Source of the DNA: the human T2T-CHM13v2.0 reference genome, Homo sapiens
Strand: one strand, 5' to 3'
Assembly (NCBI RefSeq): GCF_009914755.1
Contig: NC_060935.1
DNA: 64,000 bases
Shown here: one piece after another, positions 1-16,037 of the stretch
Position numbering within the stretch: position 1 is the stretch's first letter
Layout: every line of letters begins with the position of its first letter
Notes under the pieces: model-generated
What the model saw: the letters and a program-made list of their open reading frames with translations, nothing else
What the model was told of the DNA's origin: nothing
The model's database searches: none
Program-made: the position numbers and the translations under genes

Positions 1-232
1 TTTTTGATGCATCATAACATGGCGAAGGCATCATATGGCGAGAGGGCAGGAGTGTGCATGTCAGCTCAGGCCTCTTCTTCTTATAAAGCCACCCGTCCTA
101 TTTTGGGGACCCCACCCTGTTGACCTTATCTAATCCTAAGTACCTCCCAAAGGCCCCACTTGCAATCAACATATGAATTTGGAGATTAAGTTTCTAACAC
201 ATGTAATTTGGTGGACACATTTAAGCAATAGC
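1..232 (-). mobile_element. MaLR LTR fragment (MLT1A/MST-type), cut by window start
   Basis: Reverse-strand MaLR hallmarks: 'cttcttataaagccacc', 'tctaatcctaagtacctcccaaaggcccc', terminal 'ggacacatttaagcaatagca'. Subfamily from recall. Confidence 0.65.
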
Positions 233-655
233 AAATAGTGTCCCCCCAAAAGATATATCCAAGCTCTAACTCCTAGTACCTGTGAATATGACCTTTGCAG
301 ATATAACTACATCTTTGCAGATATAATTAAGTTAAGGATCTTGAGATGAGATCATTCTAAATCAAATGCCTGGTGTACTTGTAAGTAGAGGAGAAGCCAC
401 AAAGACACAGAAAAGACTGTGCTGTGAAAATGATGGAAGAGATTGGAGGGCAGCCACAAGCCAAGGAATACCAAGGATCAGAAGCTAAGAGAGAGGCATA
501 GAGTGGATTCTCCCTCAGAGCCTTCCAAGAGTGAGTGGCTCTACCATACTGATTTTGTACTTCTGCCCTCTTGGACTTTGACAGAATACACTTCTGTTGT
601 TTTAAACCACTTAATTTGTGGTAACTTGTTATGGCAGACCTAGAAAACTAGTACA
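233..655 (+). mobile_element. MaLR LTR (MLT1B/C-type)
   Basis: 'cctgtgaatatgacc', 'aattaagttaaggatcttgagatgagatcat', 'ggattctccctcagagcc', 3' end 'ttgtggtaacttgttatggcagacctagaaaactagtaca'. Confidence 0.75.
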
Positions 656-2937
656 TATGTAGACACTACCAAAAAGATTAGGGATAGAAAAAACAATTTA
701 AAAGCAAGTAAATCCATCAATATGTCATGGATGTTTGTTTTGGCCAAGGCATACTGGGGGCATCAGAGCACCAGACACCTGAGATAAGAACTAGGTTGAC
801 CCAAGCTCACATTGTGAAGTATGTAATTACTGCTGGAGCCAATTGTCAGGATGTAGGAGTTTGGGCTCCTTCTGCAAAAATGCCCTGGGACATTCCAAGA
901 GGCAAAAAAAAAAAAAAAAAAAAAAAAGTCTGGAATTACTAAATAGACTCTATTGAGTTTCTTTCTGTAATCTGAGGAATTCAGTGGGCTCTGCCAGCAA
1001 GGAAGCCTTGCCTGGGTTTGAGTTTGCATTCTTAGGCAAATCACTGAAAAGCCACCATCAAAGGACTGCAGCCCTCCACCTTGAGCTAAAGCCTCTAATC
1101 CAGGAATATATTTTACCACCCATATGATAAAGGACAGGGCAGATCATTGGAGGATGATGTGCCTTACCTCTTACCTGGATTGAGAGATAGAATGAACCAC
1201 TGAAGAGGGGCTTGGCCATGATTCCATGGTCAGTAATTCCAGATGGGTGGTGACTTATAGACTATTGTATATAGCTAGAGCCCTGCAACAACTTTTATCT
1301 TAGCATAGACATTCCCCTTTGTATCTGGGGCTGAGCCCAAGGAAAAAGAATTCATTTTTAGTCATCCAGTATCTACCACAACTGGGAAATAATTTGATTT
1401 TTATCAGATTTAGTCACTACATTAGTTAAATGGTATTTAGTTATGAATTTTGTTTGAAAAATAACTATCATTTGTTTAGTGTCTAAAGAATAGATAGTTG
1501 CTAATCAATTCAACCAAAGAAGGGAAAGAAGTGGGTCTACCCTGGGTAAAGAAGAGCATTGCTCTTCCACCCCATGCCACTTTAGGGCAGTTGACATGGT
1601 TTAGCAACATTGTACAACACAAATTACCCTACCGAATATTTCTCATCTTATTTGGATTCAGTGGATTTTAGAAGCAGGACAGAAAACTGCTCAGTACCAG
1701 ATCATATGTACAACAATCCATTTACTAAGCCAGCCAGGGAAGGCAGTAGAGAAGAGTTTGAAAGAGTTAAAATGTTTTAATAGGTCTAAAAGCTTACTCA
1801 CTTAATCCAAAGGTGAGAATGATTCCTGAGATTAGTAGACTTGTTCTTAAGAATGGTACCTCAACTTTTTGGCACTGAGACCCCCATCCAGTTAAGTGTG
1901 ATCATATCACAATAATCCATTGAGTCCCCCAGAGATAGTATACAGTGCAAAACCAGTGTACTGCCTGCTATTCAACTTGCCTGTCTATAGGAACTGCAGA
2001 TTAATCATGACTCCTTATTATTGTGTGGATTTGGATGAAGGAAATATTGATTGTCACAGGTAGGATTAGGGTTTAAGATACTCTTTTTGTCACCAACTGG
2101 CATTTAAGTCAGATGAATGGGCTAAAGAGCAGTAAGCAAGGCACTCCTGCCCATAAAGAATGCAGAAGACTGCTGCAGTGCCTGGACCTGGCAAAAGAGA
2201 CCAGAAGGGAAGAACTAGCCTTGGAGTCAGGTCTCCAACCAAGTAGATCTGTCAGAGATTGATTTGGTTGGGAAGCTAATGGAGGAGGAGGAGTACTGTA
2301 AGTAGCTGAAACCATCTAATTGATGTGGGCTAAAGATGATTTAGAGAACTAAGAAAGGAAAGAGAAGGAAGGAAGGAAGAGAGGGAGGGAGGTGAGCAAG
2401 GGGAGGGAGGTGAGCAAGGGGAGGAAGGAGAGAGAGACAGAAAAGAAAAGAGAAGAAAAAGAAAAGAAAGAAAGAAATTTACTCATGTATACTTCCACAC
2501 TAAAACTTGTAAAAGATATTGAGGCAACCATATACTTACACAGCTCCATCTATAATGGGAAAATTTATGGAGACAGAAAAATGTAATGTTCGGATTGTAC
2601 TGTACTTTCAAAGGTTGAAAAGTGAATCCTCAAAGGAAAAATGGAAACTACTCTTGAACTTGTTGGGATTTGAAATTTCCTCAGGAAATCAGATTAGAGT
2701 ACTACCTGGTGAAGCCTGGAGGACCTACCAAGAAAAGCAAACTTGGATCTTTGCAAGGTTAGAAGAACGAATGGGATCCAAGAAAAAGACTGGTCATATT
2801 CAACGGCTAAGAGCGTTGGAGAAGGCCTGTGGAGTCTCAGCAGGTCAGGTCCATGACTCATGAGTAGACACCTGTGTTTCTACTGCCTGGTGCCATAATC
2901 ATAAACAAGGTGAGCAGGGGCAAATAAGATCCTAGTT

Positions 2938-3760
2938 CAGTACTATTCACTATAAATATAATGTATGTAATTTAAAATTTTCTAGTAGCCATATTTTAAA
3001 TTTTTTTTAATGAAATTAACTTTTAAAAGATATTTAGTTTAACTCAATATATCCAAAATATTGCCATTTTAACATGTAATCATATTTGTTAGGTATTAAT
3101 TAGATATTTTACATTCTTTTAGGTCTCTGAAATCTGGTATATATTTTATATTTATAGAACATCTCAATTTGCATATTAAATGTTCATTAGAAATGATGGC
3201 TCTATGTTTAGACTTTGATAAAAGAAAAACTTCAGCCAAATTAAGTTTAAAGGAGTTTAATTGAGAATGAATGATTCGCGAATTGGGCAGGCGCCAGAAT
3301 CACAGCAGATTCACAGAGACTCCAGGGGTGCCTCATGGTCTGAACAAATTTATAGACCAAAAAGGTAAAGTGACGTACAGGAATCAGAAGTGAAGTACAG
3401 AACGAGTGAAATTGGTTACACTTGGCATTTGCCTTATTTGAATGCAGTTTGAACATTCAGTAGTCTATCAGCGGTTGAAGTATGGCCCCTGTGATTGGCC
3501 AGCACTCCGCTATTGTTACAGGTGCACACCACTAAGTTAGGTTTTCAGTTTTATCTGACTATTAAGCTAGGTTACAGTTCATCTACCAAGACTCAAATAT
3601 GGAAGTACAGAGTCCTTCTCAGGCCATATTTAGTTTGCTTTAACACTTCATAAAATTTATAGTTACATACCCAAGTAATTCCAAATATACTTAAAAGTTT
3701 CCAATAACTGAATCAAGTATCAGTTTTTAAATTTAAATTTAAACTAATTAGAATTGAATT
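2938..3760. mobile_element. hAT-Charlie relic (MER33/Charlie5-like), split by a MER57 LTR
   Basis: 'atgtaatttaaaattttctagtagcc...aactcaatatatccaaaatattgccattttaacatgtaatc' resembles MER33; AT-rich continuation after 3645. Confidence 0.6.
3216..3645 (-). mobile_element. MER57-family ERV1 solo LTR
   Basis: Minus strand begins TGTTAAAGCAAACTAAATATGGCCTGAGAAGGACT; a homologous copy lies at 47533-48271. Confidence 0.8.
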
Positions 3761-3912
3761 ATGTGGGATATGGGATGAGAAGAGAAAATCAAGAGTTAAT
3801 CTCTGCAGGAAACTGGGCCTAAGGTTCCCTTATTTGATTGATGTTTGTATTTTTTTTATTTTGGTAAAAATTGACTCCTGTGTAGACAGTAGAGTGACAG
3901 ATGAAGAGCTCA

Positions 3913-4272
<360 letters not shown>

Positions 4273-4547
4273 CTAAATTTCTTTAGAAAAAAGAAATAGT
4301 CCTCCATCAAACTGAGCACATTGCTGCCTCAGGCAACTGGGCACTGAGAAAATGCTCTCTGGTCTAGAGTTACTGACTCACATCACAGAGCTTGGACCAG
4401 TTGCTAATCAGTTCTTGAAGATGGGGGAGGAGATAAAAGGTGACCCTGAAGTTGCTCCCCTCACCATCCAGCCCAGCTTTTTGGACCTCTAGATCCTTCC
4501 ACCCTCCTCTGTGCCACCTATTTGCTGATTCTACCCTTTTATATATG

Positions 4548-5200
4548 CAGTCAATCCTCATTATTCATGGATTCAGCATTTGCAAATTCGCCTACTTACA
4601 AAAATGTATTTGTAACCCCAAAATCAACACCCAGGAGTTTTTGTGGTCATTTGCAGACATACACAAAGGGGCCAAAAATATCAGTTGCTCAACAGGGAAT
4701 ATTCCCAAATGACATCCAGTAAGACAACTCTCTCCCTTCTTGTTTCAGCACTGGTACTGTAAATATTAATACGTATTTTTTTCACGATCTATGTAGTGCC
4801 GTGTTTTCAATTTTTGTGGTTTTTATTGGTGATTTCACTGCTTACTGTGGCCCCCAAGGGTAGTGTTGAAGTAGTCTGTTGCTCCTGAGCACAGGCTGTG
4901 ACGTGCCTTAACAGAGAAAATACAGGGGTTAGGTAGGCTTTGTGCAGACACAAGCTATAATGCTGTCAGCTGGGAGTTCAATGTTAAAGAACCAACAATA
5001 TATATTAAATAAGGTGTTTTTGAACAGAAACACATATAAAACTATGTTATGTATTGATTGGTTTATGAAAATGTTATGACTATGGGATTGTAGGGACCTA
5101 ACTCTGCATTTTCCGCAGAAGAAATGGTTCAGTGGTCACTAATTCAGTGTTCTCAGCAATTTTATAGATTATAACTACAGCAGATAATGAAAATTGACTA
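4548..5200 (+). mobile_element. MER82 (TcMar-Tigger non-autonomous DNA transposon)
   Basis: Imperfect TIRs 'cagtcaatcctcattatt' and 'gataatgaaaattgacta', TA-rich flanks, ~650 bp long. Confidence 0.75.
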
Positions 5201-5379
5201 TGTATATATAATTTTAGTGCAATTTTCTGTTTTTTCAACTTATAACCCAGGTATTACCTAGGTCCCCCTTTGTTCCTTAGAAATCTGAGTTTGGACCCTA
5301 CCAATTCTATTGCCTTTGAAAGTCTAAAGTTCTCCAGGACAGGTAGAGGCTGCTCTACCTGTCCAGGAGAACAGCCAAG

Positions 5380-5450
5380 AGTGAGCCAAGATCACGCCAC
5401 TGCACTCTAGCCTGGGTGACAAAGCGGGACCCTGTCAATAAATAAATAAA
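5380..5450 (+). mobile_element. Alu 3' fragment
   Basis: 'gtgagccaagatcacgccactgcactctagcctggg' followed by (AAAT)n tail. Confidence 0.85.
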
Positions 5451-5614
5451 TTCTCCCAGAAATATTTGCTAATTCCTGAACTCTATTTAAAAAAAAAGAA
5501 AAAAACAAGAAAAACAAAAACTACTGCCTTCTACCTCCTTCCCACCCTGGCCCTGGAGGGTAGCTACTCTAGTGATTTCTAACAGAATTGATTTTTGTTA
5601 GACAGTAGTAAGCC

Positions 5615-5785
5615 TTTCATGTGTACGAATTAAATTAATCCTCACAATGACCCTCTGAGATATGCAATATTACTATCCCATTTCACAGTGAGGAGATGGG
5701 GAAACAAAGAGATTAGATTACTTCCCAAGATCACACTACTGATAAATAGCAGGGCTGGGATCCAACCCTGGCATCTGCTCCTTAG
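5615..5785 (-). mobile_element. MIR
   Basis: 'ttaatcctcacaatgaccctctgaga...attactatcccatttcacag...acttcccaagatcacac...ggctgggatccaaccc'. Confidence 0.75.
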
Positions 5786-6264
5786 GCAAATAAACCATGT
5801 TACCAAAAATATCACAGCAGCTGGAGAAGCAATCTGAATCCAGTGAAATTGGAATTGTTGAAAAAGAAACATTCACTGCCACATAACTATTTGCATATAG
5901 CTTCACATACTCTTTCAATTTATTTCTCTCACTTGCTACCCAGTGAAGGAATCAGGAGGATCAGAGAGGAAGAGGAATATGCACAAAGGCCATAACTCTA
6001 AGTGGCAGCATCAGGGTTTGAGCCTGGTCCAAATTAAACTTCATCTCCATTTCCCATAGGAAGAAACTGAGGACAGGAGGGGCCAAACAAGTTACAGTTT
6101 CATCCCTCCAGAGAGCCAACAGAGTATTTTGCACGAAGTTGAAGCTAAACAGGTATTATGTCCTATCTCTGGACTGAATGACTAGATGCTACTCAGCTTC
6201 TGAACTAGAGGAAGCCTGGGACCTTGACCACACTAATGCTGATGACAGCGGATTTGCAAGTGGC

Positions 6265-6445
6265 TAGAGGTACCAGATTTAGCAAATCAAAATATAGGAC
6301 GTCAAGTTAAATTTAAGTGTAAGATAAGCTACGAATACCTTTTCTAGTATTAGTACGTCCCATGCAATATACTAGAAATGTTATTCGTTATTTATGTTAA
6401 ATTTAATTTTATTAGGGCATCCTATATTTTACCTGTCAATCCAAC
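6265..6445. mobile_element. MER53 hAT MITE
   Basis: 'ccagatttagcaaatcaaaatataggacg...gtcccatgcaatat...gggcatcctatattttacctgtcaatcc', quasi-palindromic. Confidence 0.7.
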
Positions 6446-7286
6446 CCATGACCTAGGCAGACACTGTAGAAAAACAAAAGGAGAATTAAGGAGATAAATG
6501 AAACACAGGGTGAGCTGAAAAGAGGTGCTCTGTGAATTTGAGGGTCCAGTAGGAGCTGACTTGTAGGTACTTGGTCTGTTTTGATGCCCACAACAACCTT
6601 GGGGAAGGGGCGGAATAGCAGAGGGGTAAGCTCTCTGCCCCCCACCAGGGTTCTGCAGGACGCCAGGGCTTTTATCAGCACCCCTATGTTCACATCCTGG
6701 CTGCACCCTCCTTGGTTGTATATACTCTGGATAATTCACTTAATTTAAATCTTGCTGCTTTTATAAAATTGATAAAAAGTTAATAGTGACACTGATCACA
6801 CTGATGTCCCTCAATGAATTATCAATATGTTTTTTCTTCCCACCTATATTCTTTATTGAACTCTGTTATTTTTGATCCTGGTCTAGAGTAAGCATTATGA
6901 CCATGCAAGAGTGAAATGAAATTTTTAAAAATAATTTTTTAATGTTTTCTGAATGCTGGGTGTTTTCAATGATCATGCATGACTGGCAGCAAAGAGGAAC
7001 GAGGATGGATTCGATAAGGTGCAACAAGTCCTGAACACACACAGAGAACTGGCTGTGAATCCTGTTTCTGCCACTCACCACTTACTTGTTGGGTAACCTT
7101 AGCCACTTCATTTATCCTCTCTGATCTTCAGGCCTACCTCATGTCCTCCCCAAAGAGATGGTGGGTAAGAGAGAACTTTGCAAAAGGCTGCCAGAGCATA
7201 AATAGGTCTTATGACTATGTAGCAGAAAAATGGGACCTCAAAGAGGAGAGAGACCTGCAAAGCGGGGGACTGCTGCCATTCTTTGA

Positions 7287-7843
<557 letters not shown>

Positions 7844-8006
7844 TAGATTGTACTCTCTAAAAATTAATGTTTGTTCCTGGGAGTAATGCATGAGCTAATA
7901 TAACAAGTCTATTAATCAAATGAACTGACATAATTCCTGCTAACACATGTAGGAATATTGAAAAGGAAATTCAGCCAGGAAGCTCTAAATCCACAACAAA
8001 GTGCAA
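7844..8006 (+). repeat. 163-bp local duplication, copy 1
   Basis: Ungapped match to 10890-11052, 10 mismatches by manual count. Confidence 0.9.
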
Positions 8007-8107
8007 GATACTATATTATCACATTGAAAAACACAATCCAGCCACCTGAAACAAGCAGTGTGACCCAAAAGCCATTTTCCTAAATTTGTTGAAGGGTTTC
8101 TCCAGCC

Positions 8108-8272
8108 CTGCACTGTCCAATATGATAGCCACTGGCCACATGTGGCTGTTTAGTTTTAAATTTTAATGAATTAGAATTAAATAAAATGTAAAACTTAATC
8201 CTCAGCTACATTATCCACATTTCAAGTGCTTAACAGACATATGTGGCAAGTGGCTACCATATTGGATGCATC
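8108..8272. mobile_element. MER3 (hAT-Charlie)
   Basis: 'ctgtccaatatgatagccactggccacatgtggct...cacatttcaagtgct...gtggctaccatattgga'. Confidence 0.75.
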
Positions 8273-8587
8273 CCTCTCCTCAGTACAATCCCACAGGGTG
8301 AGTGTGGTCCTCAAACTCCTTCCCAAACTTCCAAGTCACCAAGTAAACACCACAGGCTTCTCTGAGAGATGAGAAGAAAAAAATAAGGAAATCTTTCATT
8401 TAGCCAAAAAGCCATGTCTTGACAAGAAAAGATCAATATAAATAAAATTACAGGGCAATTATTGGAGAAGTGATCTCTTCCATCAGCATTTGGACCATTT
8501 AAAGTAGATACAAAAGGATATAGAAGACTAGTTTCCGAAACAGCCCCATGCTTTAGGACCTGGATCGGGACTTTCAAAAATATATAC

Positions 8588-8962
8588 TTTTTTTTTAACT
8601 TTTATTTTAAGTTCAGGGATACAAGTGCAGGTTTGTTACAAAGGTAAATTTGTGTCTGGGGGGTTTGTTGTACAGATTATTTCATTACCCAGGTATTAAG
8701 CCTAGTACCCATTAGTTATTTTTCCTGATCTCCTCCCTCCTCCAACCTTCCACTCTCTGAAAGGCCCCAATGTCTGCTGTTCCCCTCTATGTGTTCATAT
8801 GTTCTTATCATTTAGCTCCCACTTATTAGTTAGAACATGCAGTATTTGGTTTTTGTATCCTTAGGATACGAAAGGATAATGGCCTCCAGCTCCATCCATG
8901 TCCCTGCAAAGGACATCATCTTATTCTTTTTTAGGGCTGCATAGTATTCCGTGGTGTATATA
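8588..8962 (-). mobile_element. L1PA (older, ~PA13-16) 3' end, 5'-truncated
   Basis: Poly-T then 'aacttttattttaagttcaggg...tgcaggtttgttac...ggctgcatagtattcc'; 'tatatac(c)tttt' at both flanks. Confidence 0.85.
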
Positions 8963-9387
8963 CCTTTTAATGTAGATTACCTTGATTATGGGAACAATGT
9001 TGTTACAGATTTTATCGTTTTTGAGAAAGTATAATGAAAATTGTGTCTAACAAAGTAATAAGATTCCTTTCTGTCTATATAGTGAAAATGCTCAGGATGT
9101 TCACTGCAGCCTGCCTCACCCTGGAAAAGAGATGTGAGGATAATGAGAAAGAAGAGTATGTTCAGTGCGGAGCATGCAAATTTGCATGAAAAGTAAATGT
9201 AACTTTGTGCCTAACTACAACTGGCTCCCACAGATATTTTAGTTCTCAGTTTTAATAACAAGTGTCCAGCACAGAAAAGCCTAGAACATAAAAGGGCCCG
9301 ATACAAATTTACTGATTTAAGAAAAAATAATGTTTGTTTTCCTAAGAAAGATAAAGCACCAGTAAGAAATGAATCATACTTGCAATG

Positions 9388-9388
<1 letters not shown>

Positions 9389-9423
<35 letters not shown>

Positions 9424-9440
9424 GGATAGATAGATAGACA
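9389..9440 (+). repeat. (GATA)8 GATG (GATA)3 GACA tetranucleotide STR
   Basis: Read directly. Confidence 0.95.
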
Positions 9441-9539
9441 GAAAAAAATAAGCTAAATTTAAAGTCAAAAATCCACTGTCAATTGGATAAGAAATTGATG
9501 TTTGAGTCTAAAAAGTAAAGCTGGTCTTTATTTTGTCCA

Positions 9540-9830
9540 GATTTTATTTTATTTTATGTGTGATAGGGTCTTGCTTGCTCTGTAGTCCAGACAGGAGTGC
9601 AGTGGTGCCACCATGCCTCACTGCAGCCTGAACCACCTGGGTTCAAGTGATCCTCCTGCCTCAACCTCCCAAGTAACTAGAACCACAAGCATGTGCCACT
9701 ATGCCCAACTAATTTTTAAATTTTTTTTATAGAGATGTGGCCTCTCCATGTTGCCCTGGGCTCAAGTGACCTTCCTGCTTCTGCCTCCCAAAGTTCTGGG
9801 ACTACAGGCATGAGCCACCTCACCTTGTCT
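9540..9830 (-). mobile_element. AluJ
   Basis: Diverged reverse Alu dimer. Confidence 0.85.
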
Positions 9831-9844
9831 GTCTTTCTCCTTAA

Positions 9845-10219
<375 letters not shown>

Positions 10220-10889
10220 TGACTCAAACCTTCATTCATACCCAAAAAGTCTGAACCCTTCATGAATTAGCCTAGAATGATGTCAATGTTTTAAATAGCC
10301 TTTGCCACCAGGCATGGCGGTATAAGAAGTCATGCCACCAGCTCTCTCACTTTCTAATTCTATTCCTCCAGGCCCCTATCATAATGCACCTTGGTCAGGT
10401 GCCACTTTTTTGCAATGAGAAGAAGTCTACTCAAGCTAGCTAGGCCTTCCTGGGATGAGAGAATCTTTACCACTCTGGACCATGCCAAAACACTGAGGAC
10501 AGTAGCCACATTCTTTTGAGGCTCTATTGCTTGCAAACCTACTTCCCAGAATCCATTTCTCTTCTAGACATAGGTCAGTTGGTTGCAAAGAACAGAAATT
10601 ATCTCAGGTAACTTAAGTGAAGGAGGGTTTATTGTAAGAGAATTGGCAGCCACCCCAGCCCCTAAAGTAGACTGTTGAAACAATTTGTTGAGTCTGGAGC
10701 CCTTCCTGAATTAACAAAAGGGAGGATCCATTAAAGGATAACACAGCTTATTTATTATTTCAATAGCTTCCCAGGCAAAGCAGGAAAGAAACCAGACCTC
10801 TTTTCTGCACAATAATGGGGCCCACTAACTCTGGGGAAAAGGTAAGGTACCTTCTAATTGAGGAAATATATCCTTTTTCAATATGAGTC

Positions 10890-11052
10890 TAGATTGTACT
10901 CTTTAAAAATTAATGTTTGTTCCTGGGAGCAGTGCATGAGCTAATATAACAATTCTATTAATCAAATGAACTGACATTGTTCCTCCTAACACATGTAGAA
11001 ATATTGAAAAGGAAATTCAGCCAGGAAGATCTAAATCCACAACAAACTGCAA
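10890..11052 (+). repeat. 163-bp local duplication, copy 2
   Basis: Matches 7844-8006; GAGTCT at 10885-10890 and 11058-11063. Confidence 0.9.
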
Positions 11053-11630
11053 TCTTGGAGTCTCTTCTTCCTTCCCCACCCCCAACCCACTTCTATACAC
11101 ACAATTTTGCAAGACTTGGATAAAAATAGTCATCATTTTTATCTGGTTAAAGTCCTGGGGACCCTACCTCTAATTGGCACACTCAGACCGAGACACTTTG
11201 GTAAGGTAAGAACGGTAAATTTGGAGAGAGAGAAAGAGCCAAGAAGTGAGATCCCTCCTTGTGGATAGGTGTGGGGTTTTCCCAAGGAAATTGATGGAGT
11301 TTCTAATAAATAAAATCTTAAAAGGAGGCCCATGGAGAAGGAAAAGATGTGCATCTAAAGGCCAGAGAGCTTGTGAAGGATCTGGACCTGCAGGTAACAT
11401 CGCTTTGAGAAGTAAAGAGAAACTCTAAGGAGTGTTTTATTCTTTCCTCTTTGATGTACAATCACTCTTCAGAAATTGCCTCTTTAGTGAAGAAACCTGC
11501 ATAGAACCACTTAGGCTGTTGGTAATTTTGAAAAGACTGGAAAGAGAGAACTATAGAGGAAAAGGGAAAGAAAGACTTGCCCCAACCATCACCTCTGATT
11601 TACTGGAGAGAGACATCAAGCGGGTGATAA

Positions 11631-12256
11631 TGTAACCACCCAATGTGTTCACTGTGCCCGCTGCCTAGACACAGCTGATTTATCAAGACAGGGGAATTGC
11701 AGTGGAGAAAGAGTAATTCACACGGAGCCAGCTGTGCGGGAGACCAGAGTTTTATTATTATTCATATCAGTCTCCGCAGGCATTAGGGGATCAGTTTTTA
11801 AGGACAATTTGGCAGGTATGGGCTCCAAAAGTGGGGAGTGCTAATTGATCAGGTTGAAGATAAAATCACAGGGGGTCAAAGTGAGTTCTTCTTGCTGACT
11901 TCTGGGTGGGATCACAGAACTGGCTGAGCCAGATTATCAGTCTGGGTGGTGTCATCTGCTGCTTCGGCATGCGGGGTCTACAAAACGTCTCAGGCACTGA
12001 TCTTAGGTTAGCTAATTTGTTAGTTCTACAAAGGCAGACTGGCCCCCTGGCATGAAGGGGTTTTTTGGGAAGGACCGTTATCCATTTTGTTTCAGAGTTT
12101 AAACTATACACTAAATTCCTTCCCAAGGCTAGTTCAGCCTACACCCAGGAATGAACAAAGACACTTTACAGGTTAAAAGAAAGATGGGGTCACTTAGGTC
12201 CGATCTCTTTCACTGACCTAATTTCCTAAGTTATGACTTTTGCAAAGGTGGTTTTA
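11631..12256 (-). mobile_element. LTR8 (ERV1) solo LTR
   Basis: Ends 'tgtaaccacccaat...ctgcctagacacagctgatttatcaagacag' and 'tttgcaaaggtggtttta'; TSD ATAA at 11627-11630 and 12257-12260. Confidence 0.85.
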
Positions 12257-12479
12257 ATAACATGGAGCTCCCGATGGTGACAGGCCACACTGAGAGCAGG
12301 GAGAAAACATCCATGGTGAGGACATAGCACTGCAGAGATGACAAATCTCAAGGGGCAATAAGATGCTCTTGCATTTCCCTATAAATTAGAACATGCTGCC
12401 CTCCAAAAGAGGAATTGGGGAAGGCTGGACATTCAAAGTGATCATTTATCATTTGGTTAATATTAGTTCTAACCCACAT

Positions 12480-12745
<266 letters not shown>

Positions 12746-12960
12746 TGAATCTGGTGTCAAGCACAGCTCCTTTATCAATTTTCGTAAAGAAATGTACTCT
12801 GAAGGTTTTGAGGATTGGTCATGGGATATGTAATATGAATGTGTTGGGGCTCAGAAAATGATACCCCAAGTGAAGGCCTCAAAAGCAAAGTTTCTCTCTG
12901 GCCTTCTCCTGCCCCCATCTCTCGCCCCTCATTTTCCCCCAAGGAAAGCCATAAAAACTA

Positions 12961-13677
<717 letters not shown>

Positions 13678-13741
13678 CTAAAAGTATTATTCTAACCTTC
13701 CCCTGACTTGCTGTGTAAGAGCTGCACATAAAGAAATCCCC

Positions 13742-14080
13742 GGCTGGGCATGGTGGCTCACGCCTGTAATCCTAATACTTTGGGAGGCCAAGGCAGGAGG
13801 ATCGCTTGAGCCCAGGAGTTCAAGACCAGCCTAGGCAACATAGCCAGACCTCATCTCTACAAAAAATGTAAAAAATTAGTTGGGTGTACTGGCATGAACC
13901 TGTAGTTCCAGCTACTTGGGAGACTGAGGCAGGGAGGATGGCCTGAGACTGGGAGGTCAAGGCTGCAGTGAGGCATGATCATGCCACTACACTCCAGCCT
14001 AAGTGACGGAGTGAGATCCTGTCTCTAAAGACAAAAGAAGAAATAAAGTGAGAAAAAAGGGAATTATTTTTAAAAAGAAA
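13742..14080 (+). mobile_element. AluJ
   Basis: 'ggaggatcgcttgagcccaggagttcaag' J-type. Confidence 0.9.
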
Positions 14081-14304
14081 GAAATTTTCTGGCCTATCTT
14101 GTTTAATAGGAGTTTGTAAGACCCCCATTCCAGAAAGGGTCCTGCCCCATACCTGAGAGGAAGGATTGTTGTACAAAGAGGCCAAGAATCATCTAAACAG
14201 TTGCAGTCTGTTCCCATTAGGTCATACCCTTTTTGTTCAATCACATTTCCACACAGCTGTCTATTCTTTATTGAACCCAAGCATAAAAAATGGATAGCTT
14301 TATT

Positions 14305-14475
14305 AGTCGGGCATGGTGGTATACACCAGTAGTCCCAGCTACTCAGGAGCTGACACAAGAAGATCACTTGAGACCAGGAGTTTGAGGCTATAGTGAGCTA
14401 TGATTGTGCCTCTACACTGTAGCCTGGGCAACAGAGTGAGACCGTCTCCAAAATAAATAAATAAACAAATAAATA
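14305..14475 (+). mobile_element. Alu monomer (FLAM/FRAM)
   Basis: Single arm with (AAAT)n tail. Confidence 0.8.
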
Positions 14476-15136
14476 TAGTTTTCCCTGTATCTTTGGGTCT
14501 GCATTCTGAAGTCTCCCATGTCATATAAAAGTATGATTAAATAAATATGTTATGCTGTTCAATTGTTAACCTGTCGTTTGTTACAGGAATGTTGGCTGTG
14601 ACCCTCATGATGTAGAGGAAAGTGATTACCAACTTTCTGTCCCTGCAAATGTCACAGACTCTACACACCACACTCTTACTCTTTCTTTCCTCCCTTTCCA
14701 GAGTAATCAGCAAATGCCTTTCCTTTCTCCTGCTGATGTTTTGCCCGTACTCAGACCCCTTGACTTCTTAGCTTCTACCCAAAGTGAGCTTGTCATCAAA
14801 GTTCTCCAAAAATCTGCAGTGTTCTCTTGAGCAAATCTGGTGAGTATAATTTCCTCATCTCATAAACTTAGGATCAAATGACCATCTCACAAAATCCCAG
14901 GACAAGAAAAGCCTGGGAAACTAGATCAAGCTTAGACAGCCAGACTTCTCCCTCCGATTTTCAAGCCTCCTGATCCCTCCAGTCCCCTTCTCTTTATGTG
15001 CCTGCTCCATTCTGCTTTCCTTGAAGCTGAGCTTTCTGAGGCTACTTATACATGTTGTGATAATAGCCATCCCAATTCAGCTCATGTGCCTACCATCAAA
15101 TCCATCAAATGATTGCAGTCATTGTGCTGTATTTAA

Positions 15137-15441
15137 CTTTTTTTTTTTTTTTTTTTTTGAGATGGAGTGTCACTCTTGTCACCCAGGCTGGAGTGTAATG
15201 GTGTGATCTTGGCTGACTGCAACCTCCACCTCCTGGGTTCAAGCGATTCTCTTGCCTCAGCCTCCTGAGTAGCGGGGATTACAGGCACCCACCACCACGC
15301 CCAGCTAATTTTTGAATTTTTAGTAGAGACGGGGTTTCACCATGTTGGCCAGGCTGGACTCGAACTCCTGACCTCAGGTGATCCACCTGCCTCGGCCTAC
15401 CAAAGTACTGGGATTACAGGTGTGAGCCACCATGCCTGGCC
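15137..15441 (-). mobile_element. AluS
   Basis: Poly-T followed by reverse Alu dimer. Confidence 0.95.
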
Positions 15442-15680
15442 TCATAGTTTAATTCCTTGAGCAATAAAGAGAGGGAGCATCTAACTGGTAGCCTTGGGTC
15501 AGATCTAATCAGCTGTTGCCCAGGGGTAATGAAATGAGATGAAAGTCGGTTATGGCCCACTCTTACAGGATCTGTGGTCCAGGTAGGTACAGAAGTTTAT
15601 CTAATCAAAGTAGCTAGCCTATTTATTCTCAGTGGTTGTTGGAGGATTTCAGGGCACTGATATCCCAATTTCTTGTTCTA

Positions 15681-16037
<357 letters not shown>

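Noticed and set aside
680-2900. Unassigned sequence, possibly old ERVL/MaLR internal region, with A24 and purine-rich tracts
   Set aside because: No convincing protein motif or consensus match by eye; left unannotated.
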